Shown here piece after piece: positions 23,500 to 37,109 of a stretch of 64,000 nucleotides of DNA. The stretch lies in contig NC_090340.1 in NCBI RefSeq assembly GCF_035084215.1, positions 3,844,001 through 3,908,000 on the forward strand, given 5' to 3'. Numbering within the stretch: position 1 is the stretch's first letter; every line of letters starts with the position of its first letter. The stretch is from Heptranchias perlo (lineage: Eukaryota). The notes under the pieces were generated by a model that was not told the origin of the DNA, made no database searches, and worked only from the letters and a program-made list of their open reading frames with translations. Made by a program: the position numbers and the translations under genes.

Positions 23500-23960
23500 A
23501 AAATTCAGAAAATATTGGTTGGAGTTCACAAAACCTCGTGCACATCATCTTCCAGAAGGTCTCGGGTGCCATTTTTAGCCAGTTACAGCGACGCGTGGCC
23601 TATGGTTTACGAAGCACAATTCTCTATATGCAAGTAGCAAAATGAGTCGGTGTAGTTGTTGATAACACTAAAGAATATCTAATATGACGATGTATCTCTG
23701 GCCAAGACACTTTTGCAAATAGTCAACTGGTACAAGAACAGTTCTTTTAAGGGCGGAAACCACATTAATTGTTGACTGGCATGGACAACACACAGTGCAG
23801 TATTTAGTTCCAAAATGGACCTGTGTGCAAGTATCATGGATGGAAAATAGGTATGCCGAAAAAAACTGTATTCAGGGTGTACAAATGAGTGTTTTGGATG
23901 CATTCGGGCAATATCTGTTGAAAAATGCAGGTTAGACATAAAAAGATGAAAGGACATGAC
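23500..23960 (+). mobile_element. Possible ancient PIF/Harbinger (DDE_Tnp_4) transposase fossil
   Basis: Ordered, frameshifted remnants: SQNLVHIIFQKVSGAIFSQL, GVV.DNT (cf. GAIDGT), KGGNHIN (cf. RKG.HSIN), DWHG, a GD.GY-like stretch, and R..SVEKC. Confidence 0.4.
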
Positions 23961-25277
23961 GGAAACAAAAGTTCCCGTCGCCCATTCTCTTATGAAAAAT
24001 TCGGTGTCGAGTGAAGATTGTATGGACGAACATTATCTCGTTGGTCACACTGCATGTCAATGCTACAGTGCAGCTTAGGTTTCCACTTCCTCCCCTTTCA
24101 GACCAGCGAAGCAGAAACAAATTACCAGACAAGTCTTCGCCCGGATTTCGATGCGCAGGTTGCGCGTCTGCCGCAGTTGCATGCATCGCGTGCAAGGATA
24201 CCAAGTGCACAGCGGTTCAGCTCCGCGCATAAAGGCTATATGAAATTGACGGGGCAGGGAACCTAATCGGATCTTGCACCCGTTGTTCTTCAGCTACTTT
24301 GATTTTCGCAGGTCTTTGGTGAGAGGAATGGGGCAAAATAAGCAGGCATTATGCAATGCACAGAGCCCCGCTTATAGTGGAGTAGGTCAACTGGCCCTCA
24401 GTGTCACTGAAAGTTGAGCCAAAAGGTAAGCTGTTTCCCTCCACAGCGCCAGGCGGAAGACTCTCGTGGCCGGGGGTCTTCTTGCTACTGTATTTTGAAC
24501 AGTCGCCAGCAGGCTACACAGTCGGAGGTCATGAGCGCTGCTGCAGGCATCTCAGGCCACAGCACCAGTAACGGCTGGATTACGCTCTATGCTTGCGGGT
24601 GCAGGCACTCTGCCAAGGGGAGCGAGGTACTGAGAATATTATATCTAAATAAATGATCTATACCTTTCAATGTCTGCTGATTCGGGCCGTCGGGTGCACT
24701 AGATTTTGGTTCCACTCCATGGCATCTGCGTTTTGATGATTGGGCGTGGGAAATGGTTAATTGTCCAAAGTCTTGCGCCGCCTGCATCCAACTTTTAATA
24801 AATTAGAACTTGCAATTTTTGATGGTCTCACAGGGCAGGGTATTTTCATCAATGATAAAATTGATCAAATATTTCACTCGGTAGGGTACAATTTAAACGG
24901 CGAGACACCGATCTCCCCAGTTAACATCGGAGGAAGATGGACCGAAACCTTGAAGATTGGGCGGATTCGACCGTTTCTGCCCTTTCTCCAGAGATTCCAT
25001 CGATATTTCGCCAATGTTAGGGTGGGGTATCGGAAGAACGTCGCAATCCCTTATGGAGAACAGATTGGTGTCGGATCCTCTGACTCTGAGGAGGCCAATC
25101 AAAGGAAAAGCTTATGGTTATTCATTTTGTGTAAATCAACATAGGAGATCAGCTCCTGAAAAGGTTTAAACTCTTCATTTTTCTTTCAATTCCGGATTAT
25201 TGATAAAATGTCGTTTCATGATTAAAATGTAATTTAATGATAAGTTTGAATTAGAGAATGCAACAGAATGTGATGCA

Positions 25278-25915
25278 TTTTAGAAGGAAGAATGAGGAGA
25301 GGCAATATAAACTAAATGGTATAATTTAAAAGGGGACACACGAACAGAGGGACCTGGGACTTCACATGTACAAATCTTTGAAGTGGTAGGACAAATCGAT
25401 AGGGCTGTTAATAAAGCCATGGGATCCTTGTCTTTAAAAATAGAGGCATTGCACACACACAAAAGGAATTTATGACAAATCTTTATAAATCACTCGTTAG
25501 ATCTCAACTGGAGTATTGCGTCCAATTCTGGGTCCCGCACTTTAGGAACGATGTGAAGGCTGAGATGGTGCAGATGAGATTTCCTAGAATGATACCAGGG
25601 AAGAGGTATTCAGTTATGTGGAGAGACCAGCGAAGTTGGGATTGATGCCCTTGGGGATCAGAAAGTTAAATGAAGATTTAATAGAGGAGTTCAAAATTGT
25701 GAGGTGTTTTGAGACAGTGAATAAGATAAAACTGTTTCCACTAGCAGGAGGGTCGGTAACCAGAGGACACATGTGTAAGGTAATTGGCAAAAGAATCAGG
25801 GGGTAGATGAGGTGAAATTTTTATGCAGCGAGTTGTTGTGATCTGGTTTATACTGCCTGAAAGGATGGTGGAAGCAGATTTCACAGTCACTTTCAGAAGG
25901 GAATTGAATATATAA
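25278..25915 (+). mobile_element. CR1 3' fragment
   Basis: LVRSQLEYCVQFW-like DNA and ORF 25618-25806 (DLIEEFKI, TRGH). Confidence 0.85.
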
Positions 25916-26103
25916 TGTACATCCTTTTTGCTGAATGACCTCCATCTTTGCTGTATGATTTATGATTCTGTGTAATGTTTCATGATAATTGGAGAGCAAA
26001 TGACTAAGATAATCAAGATGTGGAGATGCCGGTGATGGACTGGGGTTGACAATTGTTAACAAATTTACAACACCAAGTTATAGTCCAGCAATTTTATTTT
26101 AAA

Positions 26104-26142
26104 TTCACAAGCTTTCGGAGGCTTCCTCCTTCCTCAGGTGAA
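26104..26142 (-). ncRNA. Minimal type I hammerhead ribozyme motif in the Penelope 3' terminal region
   Basis: Minus strand UUCAC-CUGAGGA-A-GGAGG-AAG-CCUCC-GAAA-GC-UU-GUGAA: intact CUGANGA and GAAA boxes, 5-bp stem I, 5-bp stem II, palindromic AAGCUU stem III. Confidence 0.8.
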
Positions 26143-26377
26143 CGTTTGTTGGAAATGAAATCCTCGAAATGAAATCGCATTTATAATTCACAGAACAATG
26201 CTTGGTGATTACAGACAGTTTTTTCAACTGCCCGTTGCCAAGGCAATCAGTGTGCAGACAGACAGGTGTTACCTGCAAGGTCTCCGAATATACAAATCAC
26301 CAAAAAAAAACAATAAACAAAACAAAATAGAGATAGAGAGGTAGAAACATAGAAAAGACAGCAACTGACCCGTTATA

Positions 26378-27722
26378 TTAAAAACAGATAACATTTGTTC
26401 GCTGGTGGCGTGACATGAACCCAAGATCCCGGTTGAGGCCGTCCTCATGGGTGCGGAACTTGGCTATCAATTTCTGCTCGACGATTTTGCGTTGTTGTGT
26501 GTCTCGAAGGCAGCCTTGGAGTACGCTTACCCGAAGGTCGGTGGCTGAATGTCCTTGACTGCTGAAGTGTTCCCCGACTGGGAGGGAACCCTCCTGTCTG
26601 GCGATTGTTGCGTGGTGTCCGTTCATCCGTTGTCGCAGCGTCTGCATGGTCTCGCCAAAGTACCATGCTCTGGGGCATCCTTTCCTGCAACGTATGAGGT
26701 AGACAACGTTGGCCGAGTCACAGGAGTATGAACCATGCACTTGGTGGGTAGTGTCCTCTCGTGTGATGGTGGTATCTGTGTCGATGATCTGGCATGTCTT
26801 GCAGAGGTTACCGTGGCAGGGTTGTGTGGTGTCCTGGACGCTGTTCTCCTGAAAGCTAGGTAATTTGCTGCGAACGATGGTCTGTTTGAGGTTGGGTGGC
26901 TGTTTAAAGGCGAGTAGTGGAGGTGTGGGGATGGCCATAGCGAGGTGTTCGTCCTCATTGATGACATGTTGAAGGCTGCGGAGAACATGGCGTAGTTTCT
27001 TCGCTCCGGGGAAGTACTGGACGACAAAGGGTACTCTGTTGGTTGGGTCCCGTGTTACTCTCCTGAGGAGGTCTATGCGATTTTTTGCTGTGGCCGGTCG
27101 GAACTGTCGATCGATGAGTCGAGCGTCATATCCCGTTCTTACGAGGGCGTCTTTCAGCGTCTGTAGGTGTCCATCGCGTTCCTCCTCGTCTGAGCAGACC
27201 CTGTGTATTCGCAGGGCCTGTCCATAGGGGATGGCCTCTTTGACGTGGTTAGGGTGGAAGCTGGAAAAGTGGAGCATCGTGAGGTTGTCTGTGGGCTTGC
27301 GGTAGAGTGAGTTGCTGAGGTGCCCGTCTTTGATGGAGATTCGTGTGTCCAAGAAAGAAACTGATTCTGAGGAGTAGTCCATGGTGAGCTTGATGGTGGG
27401 ATGGAACTTGTTGATGTTATCGTGTCGTCTCTTTCGTGATTCCTTGCCGTGGGTCCATAGAAAGAAAATGTCGTCGATGTATCTGGTGTATAGTGTTGGT
27501 TGGAGGTCCTGTGCAGTGAAGAAGTCCCGCTCGAACTTGTGCATGAAAATGTTGGCGTATTGGGGTGCGAATTTGGTCCCCATGGCTGTTCCGTGTGTTT
27601 GGGTAAAGAACTGGTTATCGAAGGTGAAGGCATTGTGATCCAGGATGAAGCGGATGAGTCGTCGGATGGCGTCGGGAGATTGGCTGTTGTTGGTGTTGAG
27701 TATTGATGCTGTCGCAGCGATG
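26378..27722 (-). CDS. Penelope ORF, C-terminal part (RT C-half plus GIY-YIG), open frame
   Basis: Part of track ORF 26378-27967; residues encoded beyond 27722 lie outside the TSD and are flanking DNA. Confidence 0.85.
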
Positions 27723-28479
27723 CTAAGATAATCAACGTTTCGAAGGCAGATTTGCATTGCTATTTTTGTTTTTGTGTTGTTGCTCTTGTTGTTGAGTCGA
27801 GTTGCTGTTGTTGTTGAGTCGAGTTGACAATTGGCAGGAAAAGCTTTTGAGGGGAATGTGCAACGAACAATAACCTGGCGACAGGGGGAACGAAAGAAAC
27901 AGAGAAACGATTTACCGAACGCTGAGAGAGGTATGCATCTTTCTGCAGAGTGGAATGGAGGTGACAAAGACCTGATGTGGGAAGGTTAAAATATATGTAT
28001 TTATTAATAAATTTCCCCAAATCCTCTAGGACAGTGTGAGGTCGAAAAAGGGAGTGAGCTCGAGAGAAAGCAAAATGTAGGCAATCTGTGAAACAAAATC
28101 CACTAAGACCGGACTGAAGAAAAGGAGGGGCATTCGCCTGTGCCATTCACAGGTCAGTGAGTTTGCTGCACCTGTCTACCAGCGGGAGTTCCACACGTTA
28201 ACCAGATCTTTTCCGACCCATCTTTCCTCGGTAATAGTCCATTAATTGTGCCGGCTTAGATGGTACCTTCACCCCTTAGAGGGAACCCCACACTGCCGGG
28301 GTAGAAATGAGCTGGTGCGCCAGTGAGTCACTGGCTGCACCGTTAGAATGGACGGTCCAATGTGAAAGGGGGAAGAATCCCTCCAAATAAAACTGCCCCT
28401 GAAATGTTCATGGTGTTTTAACTAAGCCCAGCATCAATAAAATACTTATTTGGACAATTTGGAAGAGGGAAATTTCGCC

Positions 28480-28625
28480 ATTGCTTATGTCTCACGAGGA
28501 CGGGTTTCATCATCTTGGGTTGTGTTGCCTTGAGCTTCGAACGTTGCGGGGTAATTTAATTAAGAAGCTTAAAAAATTAAAGGGATTCGATATGATAGGT
28601 ACAGAGAAACTATTTCCTCTGGCAG
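28480..28625 (+). mobile_element. Short old CR1 fragment
   Basis: LGL..LELRTLRGNLI....KGFD...EKLFPL. Confidence 0.65.
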
Positions 28626-29689
28626 ATGAATGGATTAAGGGTATCCAGCGTGACACCAACTTTATATGGAGGGAGATAGTTTTTCAGGTATAGCCAAGGA
28701 TCCAGTGGATATCATAGTTTAAGATATTTTAAACTGTAGTATGCGCACTACTTATCATTTGATGCCTCATGTCTACAAGAAAGACATTAACCAAACATAC
28801 CTTGTAAAACTTACAGAGAATAATTTTTAGAGTTATCACATTTCGAGTACATATCCTTCATCAGGTATACCTGAAATTTTGATATCAGCCCATTACCTTT
28901 CATCATTGATATGCTGTGCATTTCCATTTTTTTCTTATTGTAAGTGAGATTTGAAGTGTTTGATTTATTTATCTTTTATTGCACGACGGTAATTCTGCTT
29001 ATTTGGAGAAAATATCGTGCATTATGAAAGGCCATGACGATTACTGTAAAAGGATCGGGTCCTCGAAGCAGCTCCAGATGAGGAGGGTGTGGTCGAATGA
29101 TCAAGAGGGCAAAATGTTCAAACAGTTACCGAAACACACTGGTCAGTTTGCGGCATCACAACTGTCGTTGTGTTGTCCCGTGGGCAGAAATCCGGAAGCT
29201 GCTAACGTCCAACCAGTCAATCGTTCGCTGAACCAGCTGAACCGTGAGCCCACGACATTGCCACATAAGGGGTTAAAGTGAGCTAAAACGCTGGATATGT
29301 CCTTGATTTACCGCCGTTGTGGAGTACTTTTGTTGCGGAAAAACTGAATAAGATGCTATAGCAATTGCTGAGGTGTTCTTTGATGTGAAAAATGGTCCAC
29401 ATTTTTACCTACACACTTACGCTTATGAAAGAAAAGGTGTTTCCAATCAATGAAGGAATGATAACAATAATTGAATTAAAATGTTATTGGGATTCTTGTA
29501 TTTTTATACCTATCTTTAGTGTGCATCTGTTCCCTATCGTAATGTCCATCTCCCAATATTCTCAGTTCACTGGATCTGTGGAGAGCATGTGGTAACTGTT
29601 TCTTTATTGTGTTCACTTTACTATTGTACTTTTTGAAATGTTACTTGTGCTCCAGTATTATTTCGTTTAATAACATTAACCAAAATAAA

Positions 29690-30028
29690 TGCTTTCATTT
29701 TTGTGTATCGTCTTTCACGACTTCAGGATGTTCCAAAGCGCATTACGGATAATCTGTTTCTAATGACGTTGGTTGAGGGATACATATTGGCCAGGATATT
29801 GGGGAAAATTCCCCTGCTCTTCTTGGAAATAGTGAAAAGGGAATTTTTACGTCCACCTGAGATTGCAGAGGGGGCCTCGCATTAATGGTACCTCTGATAG
29901 TGCAGCACTCCTTTAGAACTGCACTGAAGTACCCGTACAGCTTTTGTGCTCAATTATCTGGAGTGGTATTTGATCCAAAAAACCGTCTGAATCAGAGGCG
30001 AGAGTACTACCACTGAGCCCCAGCTGAC
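29690..30028 (-). mobile_element. tRNA-derived SINE, SacSINE1/DeuSINE-like, internally deleted
   Basis: Minus strand starts GGCTCAGTGGTAGTACTCTCGCCTCTGA (A-box-like); central CAGTGCAG...GTGCTGCACT and TCAGGTGGACGTAAAA...CCTGGCCAATAT; L2-like 3' end GCGCTTTGGAACATCCTGAAGTCGTGAAAG. Confidence 0.75.
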
Positions 30029-32479
30029 ATAGCTAAGTGTATTTTCCTTTTTTGAAGATTAACCATTTTTGGGTTTTATTTTGAGAAACTGATCCGTGGT
30101 CGAAAATAATCAACATCATGTTTTACAGCTTTAATGACTGGACACCTTGAAAATCCACAGGCAACAATTGGTGTCATGTCGTTACCCCACAGGACACCGA
30201 CGCAAATGCGGGAGAAACGGGGACAATTTCTTAAAATGGCAGATTTTCTGTTATTTACATGGGTCTTCCTTAGATGTTAGCGTAAAGAATGGCGATCATC
30301 CAAAGGTATTTCAAACCTGGGTACATGAACGTCTTGCATATTTATATTTTCTTGTGGAGGTTTTGATTTATTTCAACGTAACTTCAGTGGATGGGGCAAT
30401 TTTAACTTTTGGTCAAAGTGTTAAACCAACAATAATGGAAAAGCCGCCCGCTTTAAGCCTCGCTTGACTTTACTTTCTATTAAAGACAATTGAAAGGAAA
30501 ATCCGGTGAGATGCACAAATGGCTGTCATCCGATATTTCCAGAATTACACTATCCCAAAAGTTAAAATTACAACCGATGATCGGAAGAAATATGTATAGA
30601 GAAGGCCAAAAGCGGCCATTTCCAATGTTTCCCAGGGTGTTCGTCGATTTTATGCAAATGTTAGTGCAGAAATTATCTACTATTATATAATTTATTATAC
30701 GGCCCTATATATTAATGGTCAACCAATCTAACATGATCAATCATAAAGAGACTTTGAAGTGAACGTCATGGTATAGATCCAGTGAGGCGGTTAGTTTCCT
30801 CCAAATAATAGCAGGTAAGGTTATTTTCATGCGGTATTTGCTATGAATTAATAAACTACTTTACAAAAAATTTGATATAGATATTTTAAGATTCACGGTG
30901 TGAATTTCCAAGAGGTTTCTTCCAATCCCTGCCATTTATGCTGTTTCTTTGGTGTTTCCACGGATGTTCCGCTGAAGTTACGACAAATGAGCGGGGTAAT
31001 AACATGGCCGCAATTCATCCCTTTGTCGCGCTCTGTGTGAAATTCAGTCTGAATCTATTCTCCAGATTGCGCACTCGTGTTTTGGCCACTTGGAGGCGTA
31101 GGGGCATTAATTTTGTTAAAGTGCAGCGGAGTGAATGTGAATACTTGCTGTTAAACTAAAAGTTAAATGCATCTGAATTTGTTTTATAAATTTGAACTGA
31201 ACAGGGTGAACGATTTGATAAGATTATGCTGCTGCACCACTCACTGCGAGTTTGGAGGTTAGAATATGAACATAACGCTTTCACAGACAGCACTTGCTTC
31301 TCCGAAGTTCACTGTGGTATAAATTCGTCCGGGGCGTCAGTGCAAATCGGGCTCCCGATTCGTCATCCAGCGTCTTGCATTTACGCTCATGACGAATTTC
31401 TACCCCATAGTCTCCAGATGGCGTTAATTTCAGGCAGTTACTTCAGAGAGCGGGAGAAACCACGCGGAAATTCACTTCCGTTCACATCTGAAAATTAAAA
31501 TGACTTGTATAATGCCTTTGATGCAAAAAAAATAACAGAAGGCGTCACTAGCTAGAAGTGCCTGGACGCAGGGATACCTTTTTTTTTAAGGATGTGGTAA
31601 AATTGCATGGAGGGTTAATTGGGCATCACCTGTGCAAACTACGGCCCATATGAGCATAAGTCCACAGGAATTGCTAGACTAAGAGAATAAGTTCCATCTC
31701 GTTCACCTTCTACTATCCTGGTAGTAATTATGATACCAGCAGAATGGAGTTGGTGATGAATCATAACCATCAATCTCCATCAATTACTCTACAACCGAGC
31801 CAAACATGTGGCGAGGAAAATTCCATTGGTAGAAAGCTTTAGAAACCATGGCACACATTCATCAGTTCCTCCCAAGCGTGCTACACTTACCACATATCAT
31901 GTCTCAAATTACTGATTCATGATTTCCCAAAATATTTTTTCTCAAAGAAATCTATCTAATTTGAATTTCAATTAATCAACACGTTATGCTTGCACTGGCA
32001 AGATGGGGAGCCTGTTGGATACATTTACTATTCGCTCATACAAATCATTTTTCTCCAGATTAGTTTGAATTTAGACCTTCAAGCGCAGACCATTTCATTC
32101 AGATTGTTACTGCGGAGCTTTCCCTGTCGTAGCCAATTGGGCAGCCCTCTTTATACGCATTAAGTGGTTGAGTCTTAAATCCCTGAGGGAAACCAGCGAT
32201 GGGCGATGAATGTTTCCATGCCAGTGTTCACCACGTCCCAGGAACAAATGAAAATGCTTAAATCAATTGACATTTACAGTATTAATCGCAGCACCTAAGG
32301 ACCAGTAATGTTCTGTCCATGCAGATGTGAGGATTTTGAGTAAGTGTTTTTTGTGTAAACGAATAGAAATGCGAGAATCATTTACATTTAAGATTAATTG
32401 ACTAAATAATCTCAGAAGTTAAGACAAAGTTGAACACAATCCGACACATCAGTTTTATTGAAGTCATTCTTTCAGCTGG

Positions 32480-33030
32480 GTTTGTAATTAACCACGGGAC
32501 AAAGGAGAGTGAAGAGGCACAAGTTGAGCAAATAATTCCAGTTCAAATTATCCTCTCCAACGAGTTTGAAGGACTGTCTTCCTGTGGAGAGCATTATGAC
32601 TCAGACCATTATCATCAAATGTACTACAACAGCACCAATAAATCAGATGACACAAGGGGAAGATTATCAATTTAGATCGGATGTAGCAGGTTAGAGGAGT
32701 CGATATTCTTAATTTTCAGTCCAAGCTGAGAAACCTGGATGCTTTGTTAGCTATTACGTGGTGGGTAAGGGGCATTTTGGATCAGCTGGAAAAGATTCTG
32801 GGCGAGATGGAGGACAACCAGCCGCTATGCATAAGGTGCAAACCAATTATCTAAGAAAGCAAATGAAAGAATTGCTGCAGAAGATTTAGGAGATTAAGAT
32901 GAATGCATAGGAGCAAGAATTCTACAGCGATAATCTTCAATTAGCACCCCTGCCCGTAAGCAAGGTGCTCGAGTCAAGGACAGCAAGGTAAGGGAGATCG
33001 GCACATGGCTGAAGGGAAGGTGAAGCTTGC
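32480..33030 (+). mobile_element. Highly decayed CR1 ORF1 remnant
   Basis: IILSNEFEGL (cf. LSNRF..L), followed by HVGTND-like and IISGLLPVP-like DNA in order. Confidence 0.4.
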
Positions 33031-33159
33031 TTGAACAAACATTCCAGTCCCATGACCTCTGGGAATTCGGTGATGCAGAGAGGACTTAATATTTTGTTTG
33101 TTCCTAATTATCCTGAAAAGGTAACGATAGACCTATTTCTTCAACCGCTGTTGTTCTTG

Positions 33160-33940
33160 GAATCACAAAATCATAGAATGCTACGGCACAGAAGGAGGCC
33201 ATTAGATCCATTGTGCTTGTGTCGGCTATATAAAAGAGCAACCAATTAGCCCCACACTCCTGCTCTTTCCCGATTGCCCTGCAATATTTTACCCTTTAAA
33301 TATTTATCCAATTCCCCTTTGAAAGTTACAGTTGAATCTGCTTCCAACAGCATTTCAGGCAGTGTATTCCAGATCATAACAACTTGCTGCGCACTTTTTT
33401 CCTACCGTCACCTCTGGTTCTTTTGCCAATTTCTTTAAATCTGTGTCCTGTGGTTACCCACCCCACTTCCACTGGAAACAGTTTCTTCTAATTTACTCTA
33501 ACAACACCCTTCATGATTTTCAACACATTTATCAAATTTTCCCTCAACCTTCTCTGCTCGAAGGAGGACAATTCCAGCTTCTCTAGTCTTTCCAGATAAC
33601 TGAAATCCCGAATCCCTGGTACCTATGTAACGAATCTCCTCTGCACCCTCTCCAAGACCTTGACATCTTTCCTAAAGAGTAATGCCCAGAATTTGGCACA
33701 ATACTCCAGCTGGGACCTAAATACAGTTTCATAAAGGTTCAATATAACGTCCTCACTTTTGCATTCCATGTCTCTATTTATAAAACCGAGGATCCCTTGT
33801 ACCTTTTTAAATCCTTCTCAACTTCGCTTGACACCTTCAAAGATTTTTATACAAACACCCCACGTCTCTCTGGTCCTGCACCGCCTTTAAAATTGTGCCA
33901 TTTAGTTAATATTGCCTCTCATTCTTCCTACCGAAACGAA
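33160..33940 (-). mobile_element. CR1 3' fragment
   Basis: AATCATAGAATG tail, CACAGAAGGAGGCCATT motif, and antisense RT C-terminal DNA. Confidence 0.85.
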
Positions 33941-34269
33941 TTCTGATGCTCCTGGTGTTACCATGATGGTGTCAATTCGGGAATTTCAATGTTTGAACCA
34001 AATTGTGGTAAGTTCACAGGGATATTTGCCAACCTTGGATTTGTGTGCATCTTGGCGGCGATCTTGGTAGTGAGGATGTCCACATGATCTTGCTGCTCAC
34101 GGTGTTTGAGGTCTCACTAACGCAACGGACTTTTGAAGCAAGATTGGTGAGTTACTGCTAAGAATCCCGTAGATAGTATATACTGCAGTCACCTTGCGGT
34201 GGTGTATGGAATTGTGATAAGAGTCTGGTAGCAAAGACAATTAACAACCAACCTGCTTCTCTTGGATCA

Positions 34270-35780
34270 TGCATAGAAATATAGGAACATAGGAACATAG
34301 GAAAAGGTGTAAGCCATTCAGCCCCTCGAGCCTCTTCCGCCATTCATGAGATCATGGATGATCTTTACCCAACTACATCCATCCGCCTTGGCTCATATGC
34401 CTTAATGCCCTTGGCTAGCAAAAAGCTATCGATCTCAGATTTAAAATTAATAATTGAGCTTGCGTCTACTGATTTTAGTTGACGGCAGTTCCACACTTCT
34501 GCCATACTTTGTGTGAAGAAGTGTGTCCTAACTTCTCTCCTGAACGGCTTAGCTCTGATTTTAAGGTTATGGCCCATCGCCCTGGACTCCCACACCAGAG
34601 GATAACGTTTCTCCCCATCTACTCTATAAATTCCTTTCAAAATCATAAGAACTTTGATGAAATCACCCCTTACCCTTCCATATTCCAAGGAATAGAAACC
34701 TAGTTTTTGTAATCTCTCCTTTAATTTATACATTGGTACCCAGGTAACATTCTGGTGAATGTGGGCAGCTCTCCTTCCAACGGCCATATAGCCGTTCTAA
34801 GGTGCAGTGCACAGAACTGTACACAGTACTTCAGATTTGGTCTAATCAGGGATTTGTATTTCTGTAGCAAAACGTATTTATTTTAATGTTCTAGTCCTCG
34901 AGATATAAAGGCTAACATTCCATTAGACTTTTTGGGTTTTTTTGTACCTGAGCACTACATTTTATGATATATGTAAATAGACTTCTAAAGCTCTGTGACC
35001 CTCCACTGTTCCTAACTTTTCACCATTTAAAAAATAATTAGATCTATCCTTTTTTGCTTCAAATTGGATGAACTCACACTTACTTGTGTTGAAATCCATC
35101 TGCCACAGTATTGTCCACTTACTTAATCTGTCAGTGTATCTTTGTAATGTTATGCTCCCATCTGCACTCCTTTCCATGCGACCTGTATTTGTTTCATCGG
35201 CAAACTTGGATATATGTCTCTCTATTTTGTTATCGAAGTCATTAATAAATATCGTGATAAGTTGATGCCGCAGCAACGACCCTTTTGGGAAACCACAAGT
35301 CATTTCCTTCCAATTCGAGTACATACCTATTATCCCTACTCCCTGTCTTCTAAGCCTAACCAAGCTCCTAACCAAGGCAATAAGTTACCTTCAATTCCAT
35401 GAGCTTTAATTTTAGCTAATAGTCTCTTATGTGGAACCGAATCGAATGCCTTCTGGAAGGCCTTTCAAATCGCATCCATAGTTATCATCTCCTACTAATT
35501 TAGTTACTTCCTTAAAAGCATTCAATTTGGTTCGTTCGACATGACCTATCCTTTGCATATCAGTGTTGGTTCTCTGTGATCAGCTCAAATTTATCCAAGT
35601 GTTCAGTCACATTGCCCTTAATTTTAAATTCCAGTAACTTCGCCAGAACAGGCATTAGACCAACAGCTCTATAATCTACTCGTTACGCTCTGTCACCTTT
35701 CTTAAATAAACATTTACAATTTTCCAACCTAAAGGGACAATTCCAAATTAGAGAAAGCTTTGGAAGATTATGGCTACGGT
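34270..35780 (-). mobile_element. Degenerate CR1, similar to the 468-2035 copy
   Basis: (CATAGGAA)n tail; ORFs 34365-34787 and 34962-35375 (KFADET). Confidence 0.9.
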
Positions 35781-36029
35781 AGATATAGTAATGAAAAAGA
35801 GGGGAATCCAAGAAACACAATGTCGCCTATCACCTGTGCCCTCGTTGAACTACATTAACTCCTGATGCCACAAAACGTCAAATTTAAAATTTGCATCTTT
35901 CGGCGTAATGCCCTGTTTTCCACTCCTCAGATATGCGTTTCTGAATGATTATCTAGGATAAGTTCACGTTCTTCTTCTTATCGTTGTTGTCGTCCACCAC
36001 TGCAGATTACTTGGGAACTGTAAGAAGGT

Positions 36030-36450
36030 ATGGAAAATGATTCGTGCCATTGAATGATATTCATCTCCATGAACATTCTCAAATGAATCCCCACTGGAAC
36101 GAATGAATAAGACAGAAGATTTCTCTCAGACGCTGGAAATCTTAATATTGGGTCTGTGTACATTCAGATGCAAAAGTCTCTCATTGCATAAAGAAATAAT
36201 TATTGGACGATCATTTGTAAAGAATATTGACGGCAGGTGTCATTCACAATCGAGACACACAACAGAGTGAACTCCTGCGGGCTGCCTATTCATCCAAATG
36301 GGAGACCAGCTTTATGGCCTCAGTTGAAGAAAGGAGTACGTAAAATAATGCACGTCCTACCACTTCCTAAATGGCCTTCAAACGACTTTGGAAGTTCCAA
36401 AGAATGGGAGATGCTGGTAGAAGCAGCTCCAACATCTGTATGAACGTCTC
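36030..36450 (+). mobile_element. Possible ancient RTE-clade LINE C-terminal fragment
   Basis: Remnants resembling IL.I.W.D, L..A, QLK.G.R and WE.L. Confidence 0.3.
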
Positions 36451-37109
36451 AGGACTCTGCACCCAGAACTTCAAGGCTATTTCCAACCAAAGACAGGTTC
36501 GTAGCTTAGCTGTTTACCTGCTGCCAGAACGCTCCGGCCTTTTCAGGGAACAATGAGACATCGTTTGAAAATAATTTGAAGAAGTGCACATTTTCGGCTT
36601 AGTTAACATTAGTTTTCCATAACGACCAAAATAATTTTAATCTCTCTGTTGCTTACTAATAGGATCAAAGTGTTCGGAGATGCAGTGTAAATTATCCAAG
36701 AGTTGGAAGGGGGACAAGATAACAACTCTACATCATAAAGCGACGATGGTGCATAGAATGAGTTTTCCATTACTGGGAGTAAATCCATAGCACAGAGTTT
36801 CACTCCAATCTGCACGGTAGGACATCACATCTCTCTTTGTTTCCCTGATGCTAATTGCACTACTTCATCCTGTGGGAATGTTGCCACATCAGCCAATACA
36901 TCGTCCTTCTGTAAGCCAATCTTTCTTTTAGTGGCTACATTTCACGACAGAAAAGTTGGGTTTGCAGACTTTGGATCGACTGTAAAGTACCAGCCTTTTA
37001 AGTGGACTAAATAATGGCATCAGTCCGTAAGTATCCATATGGCATGCTCAGCGACAAGTTTTGAGGTTGCCAGGGCCGCTCGGTATCTGCGCTTTGTTGC
37101 TGTGTGAAA

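Larger units (their letters stand above)
26017..27722 (-). mobile_element. 5'-truncated Penelope-like element (RT plus GIY-YIG) with 13-bp target-site duplication
   Basis: GTAMG...YANIFM and RYIDDIF (PLE RT); C..C..C, NVVYLIRC, YFGET..LR.RMNGH, EQKLI and GLNRD (GIY-YIG). CTAAGATAATCAA flanks both ends (26004-26016 and 27723-27735). Confidence 0.95.

Noticed and set aside
27723-27967. N-terminal extension of the 529-aa Penelope ORF
   Set aside because: Lies outside the TSD; chance open frame in flanking DNA.
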